Assembly (NCBI RefSeq): GCF_006345805.1
Contig: NW_021827101.1
Coordinates: 1 to 11,045 of the forward strand
DNA: 11,045 nt
Direction: 5' to 3'
Source: Octopus sinensis
Lineage: Eukaryota
Of the stretch, positions 7,690-11,045 are shown one piece after another. The position numbers were made by a program, and so were the translations under genes. The notes beneath the pieces are model-generated. The model had not been told where the DNA came from. It did no database searches and worked only from the letters and a program-made list of their open reading frames with translations. Each line of letters begins with the position of its first letter. Within the stretch, counting starts at the first letter, position 1.

Positions 7690-7861
7690 CTGAAAATATT
7701 AGACGTCATCAAAGCCAGCTTTTGGTACGTAAATATGGAGCCAACAACTCTTTTGTAATCAAATAATCTATTGATCTAATTTCCCACAACCATTCAATGA
7801 ATGGTAGCGGGAAATTAGATTAACAGAACGTTTGTATTTAGTTTGATAGCATATAGGAAGT

Positions 7862-8253
7862 CTGTGGAGGCGCAATGGCCCAGTGGTTAGGGCAGCGGAC
7901 TCGCGGTCGTAGGATCGCGGTTTCGATTCCCAGACCGGGTGTTGTGAGTGTTTATTGAGCGAAAACACCTAAAGCTCCACGAGGCTCCGGCAGGAATGGT
8001 GGTGGTCCCTGTTGTACTCTTTCACCACAACTTTCTCTCACTCTTTCTTCCTGTTTCTGTTGTACCTGTATTTCAAAGAGCCGGCCTTGTCACTCTCTGT
8101 GTCACGCTGAATATCCCCGAGAACTACGTTAAGGGTACACGTGTCTGTGGAGTGCTCAGCCACTTACACGTTAATTTCACGAGCAGGCTGTTCCGTTGAT
8201 CGGATCAACCGGAACCCTCGTCGTCGTAACCGACGGAGTGCTTCCATCCATCC
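7862..8253 (+). mobile_element. Full-length, apparently young SINE family B
   Basis: A-box at 7876-7886, B-box at 7919-7930, CpG-rich body, (CCAT)n end. ATAGGAA at 7853-7859 and 8254-8260 is a candidate 7-bp TSD. Head nearly identical to 1-72 (-). Confidence 0.9.
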
Positions 8254-8262
8254 ATAGGAAAC

Positions 8263-8915
8263 TAGGTGTATCATGGCCGTATTATTAAGACGTTCGCTTC
8301 GCAACTGCACTGTCCCAGGATCGAACTTGCTGCGTGGCGGCCTGGGTAAACGTCATTTTATATTGCCTCGGGGGTTGACTAATGAGTGACAATCAATGAG
8401 TTGACTCCTGGTGAATGTCATTTTATATTGCCTCGGGGGTTGACTAATGAGTGACAATCAATGAGTTGACTCCTGGTTAATGTCATTTTATATTGCCTCA
8501 GGGTTTGACTAATGAGTGACAATCAATGAGTTGACTCCTGGGTAAGTGTCATGTTATATTGCCTCGGGGGTTGACTAATGAGTGACAATCAATGAGTTGA
8601 CTCCTGGTTAATGTCATTTTATATTGCCTCAGGGGTTGACTAATGAGTGACAATCAATGAGTTGACTCCTGGTTAATGTCATTTTATATTGCCTCAGGGG
8701 TTGACTAATGAGTGACAATCAATGAGTTGACTCCTGGTTAATGTCATTTTATATTGCCTCAGGGGTTGACTAATGAGTGACAATCAATGAGTTGACTGAA
8801 ACTGCATAGAAGCTCATCTAAAGGGATTGTATCTGTAAATATAAAGATACAGCCTTGACGTACATCCCGTTGGGAGGGGTTTGCGGAATACTCGGGCACT
8901 TACACGCTAACTTTC
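8263..8915 (+). mobile_element. Degenerate chimeric SINE (family C head/core, family B-like tail) containing an internal minisatellite
   Basis: 8297-8380 and 8798-8820 align with the reverse complement of 9924-10063 (CTGCGTGGC..CTGGG.AAA; GAAACTG.A.AGAAGC). 8827-8915 aligns with 8060-8178 (TTGTA.CTGTA, GCCTTG, CACTTACACG.TAA.TT). Confidence 0.7.
8341..8797. repeat. Minisatellite: 7 tandem copies of a 65-bp unit
   Basis: GTCA anchors at 8352, 8417, 8482, 8548, 8613, 8678 and 8743. Units 5-7 are identical and there are no spacers. Confidence 0.97.
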
Positions 8916-8951
8916 TACATATACACACACACACACACAGACGCGCACATA

Positions 8952-9655
8952 CATGGTTCCGGTTTCATTCCCATTGTGTGACACATTGGGTGTCTTCTAT
9001 AGCCCACAGCCAATAAAAGCCTTTTTAGTGGATGTGATTGATGGAAGCTGATAAAAACTCGTTGTATGTGTGTATATATATATATATATATCTATATATA
9101 ATAATATATTATATAAAAAAAACATATGCATATATACATAGATATATGTACGTACCTATCTCTACATGTATATATATACATGCATATATGGGTACAGGAC
9201 ACCAAAAAAACGTCGAATACAATGAGAAACGAAAACATAAACACAAAACCGAGGAAATGGACATTTTTTTAAACAACGAAAAAATAGAGTACAGGACATA
9301 CAAAACAAGGAAAATTCCCCTTCTTCAGTCGCCTTAATTTCATCTACTCTACGTTTCGAAGGTCAAGGCGAGACATGACTTCATTGAAATTTTCCTTCCC
9401 GCAGAAATCAAATTACATAAAATTTGAGATTTTTTTGCGGGGTAAAAATGGTAACAAAAACAGGACAGTAACGACAGTACAAAATATAAACAGGACAACG
9501 GAGAATAACAGTATATGTATATGTATATGTATATGTAACAATATGTATGTAAATATGTGGTGCGTGTGTGTATGTGTGTGTCTATATCTGTGTTTGTCCC
9601 TCGTCTCTGCTTGACAGCTAGTGTTGTGTGTTCACGTCCCAGCAACTTAGTGGTC
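8952..9655 (+). mobile_element. Degenerate SINE family C copy: head fragment, microsatellite spacer with an insert, and 3' segment
   Basis: Head fragment 8952-9066 is a diverged match to the reverse complement of 9924-10050. TA/TG microsatellites follow. The segment at 9588-9655 (GCTTGACA, GTGTGTT.ACG, AACTTAG) mirrors 9652-9725. Confidence 0.65.
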
Positions 9656-9776
9656 TCTTTGGCCGAACTGCTAAGTTACAGTGCTGTAAACACACCAGCA
9701 CCGGTTGTCAAGCGGTGACGGGGAGCACACACACACACAAACACATACATGCTCACACACACACACACACACACAT

Positions 9777-9812
<36 letters not shown>

Positions 9813-10063
9813 TTTCATAAATGAGGGTGAAAAATTAGATATTAATTTAATAAGGAGCTATTTTCAGCACTAGAGTTAACCACTTAGCGGTAACTCTCTT
9901 ATATTTATGTGTATATATATATATACGACGGGCTTCTTTCAGTTTCCACCTACCAAATCTACTCCCACAGCTTTAATCGACCAGAGACTATAGTAGAAGA
10001 TACTTTCCCCAAGGTGCCATGCAGTGGGACTGAACCCGGAACTATGTGGTTGGGAAGTAAGCC
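9652..10063 (-). mobile_element. SINE family C copy: head, microsatellite spacer and 3' segment
   Basis: B-box-like GGGTTCAGTCCC at 10037-10026, then GGCACCTTGGGG..AAGT..CTT and GAAACTGAAAGAAGCCCGTCGTA, (TA)n/(TG)n, and a 3' segment at 9725-9652. Confidence 0.8.
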
Positions 10064-10239
10064 ACAAAACTATGTAACTTGGTTTGCCGAACAACTCAAT
10101 ACTCATCATCAAAGGATGCTGCATGGAGAGTAAGCCCTGATGAAAGCTACATTTCTGCTGACGACGCCCCAAAAAGTACAATCGCTAAGAGTTATATCCG
10201 TGACTTGATCAGCCATAGACGAATGTGTCAGCTAATTCA

Positions 10240-11030
10240 CTGGCAGAAACGTTAGCACGCCGGGCGAAATGCTTCGCGGTATTTCGTCTGCGTTACGTTG
10301 TGAGTTCAAATTCCGCCGAGGTCGACTTTGCCTTTCATCCTTTCGGGGTCGATAAATTAAGTACCAGTTACGCACTGGGGTCGATGTAATCGACTTAATA
10401 CCTATGTCTGTCCTTGTTTGTCCCCTCTGTGTTTAGCTCCTTGTGGGTAATAAAGAAATAGGAAATAGGTATTTCGTCTGCGTTACGTTCTGAGTTCGAA
10501 TTCCGCCGAGGTCGACTTTGCCTTTCACCCTTTCGGGGTCGATAAATTAAGTACCAGTTACGCACTGGGGTCGATGTAATCGACTTAATACCTATGTCTG
10601 TCCTTGTTTGTCCTCTCTGTTTTTAGCCTCTTGTGGGTAATAAAGAAATAGGAATAGTTATTTCGTCTGCGTTACGTTCTGAGTTCGAATTCCGCCGAGG
10701 TCGACTTTGCCTCTCACCCTTTCGGGGTCGATAAATTAAGTACCATTACGCACTGGGGTCGATGTAATCGACTTAATACCTAGTCTGTCTTGTTTCCCCC
10801 TCTGTGTTTTGCCCTTTGGGTAATAAAGAAATAGGAAATAGGTATTTCGTCTGCGTTACGTTCTGAGTTCGAATTCCGCCGAGGTCGACTTTGCCTCTCA
10901 CCCTTTCGGGGTCGATAAATTAAGTACCAGTTACGCACTGGGGTCGATGTAATCGACTTAATACCTATGTCTGTCCTTGTTTGTCCCCTCTCTGTTTAGC
11001 CCCTTGTGGGTAAGAAAGAAATAGGTATTT
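10240..11030 (+). repeat. SINE family A tandem array: one A-box head plus four head-less units of 183-190 bp
   Basis: Head at 10240-10277. Units start at G(G/T)TATTT 10278, 10468, 10657 and 10841, with a terminal GGTATTT at 11024-11030. Each unit has a B-box and a GTCGAC site. Confidence 0.95.
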
Positions 11031-11045
11031 ATACCTAATCATTAT

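Noticed and set aside
7862-7940. Genuine tRNA gene
   Set aside because: A and B boxes are present but the acceptor stem does not pair, and the sequence continues into an about 320-bp SINE body.
8341-8797. CRISPR array
   Set aside because: Contiguous near-identical 65-bp units with no unique spacers, a eukaryotic context and no cas genes.
10130-10175. Hammerhead from CTGATGA / CTGACGA near 10137-10160
   Set aside because: No correctly placed GAAA, no cleavage triplet and no stem I pairing.
10278-11030. Family A array units as ribozyme-containing retrozyme monomers
   Set aside because: The unit size fits, but I found no CTGANGA hammerhead core on either strand. The units are SINE bodies with B-boxes.

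Overview
AT-rich, microsatellite-dense eukaryotic genomic DNA. The SINE families look like those I recall from octopus (coleoid cephalopod); that assignment is inference. Most of the window is repeats: three tRNA-like SINE families (here A, B and C), two 5'-truncated non-LTR retrotransposon fragments with a restriction-like endonuclease (R4/Dong-like), long microsatellites and two SINE-derived tandem arrays. A few phase-compatible minus-strand segments may be exons of an unidentified membrane-protein gene. The standout is 5245-5682: a 352-bp highly structured unit with an 86-bp terminal redundancy. It sits inside an (ATT)n tract and carries a near-complete type I hammerhead ribozyme (5462-5522) at the tip of a long rod-like fold. 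This fits a retrozyme-like or Penelope-like non-autonomous element. No CRISPR, rRNA or true tRNA is supported, and most long ORFs in the track are microsatellite artefacts.
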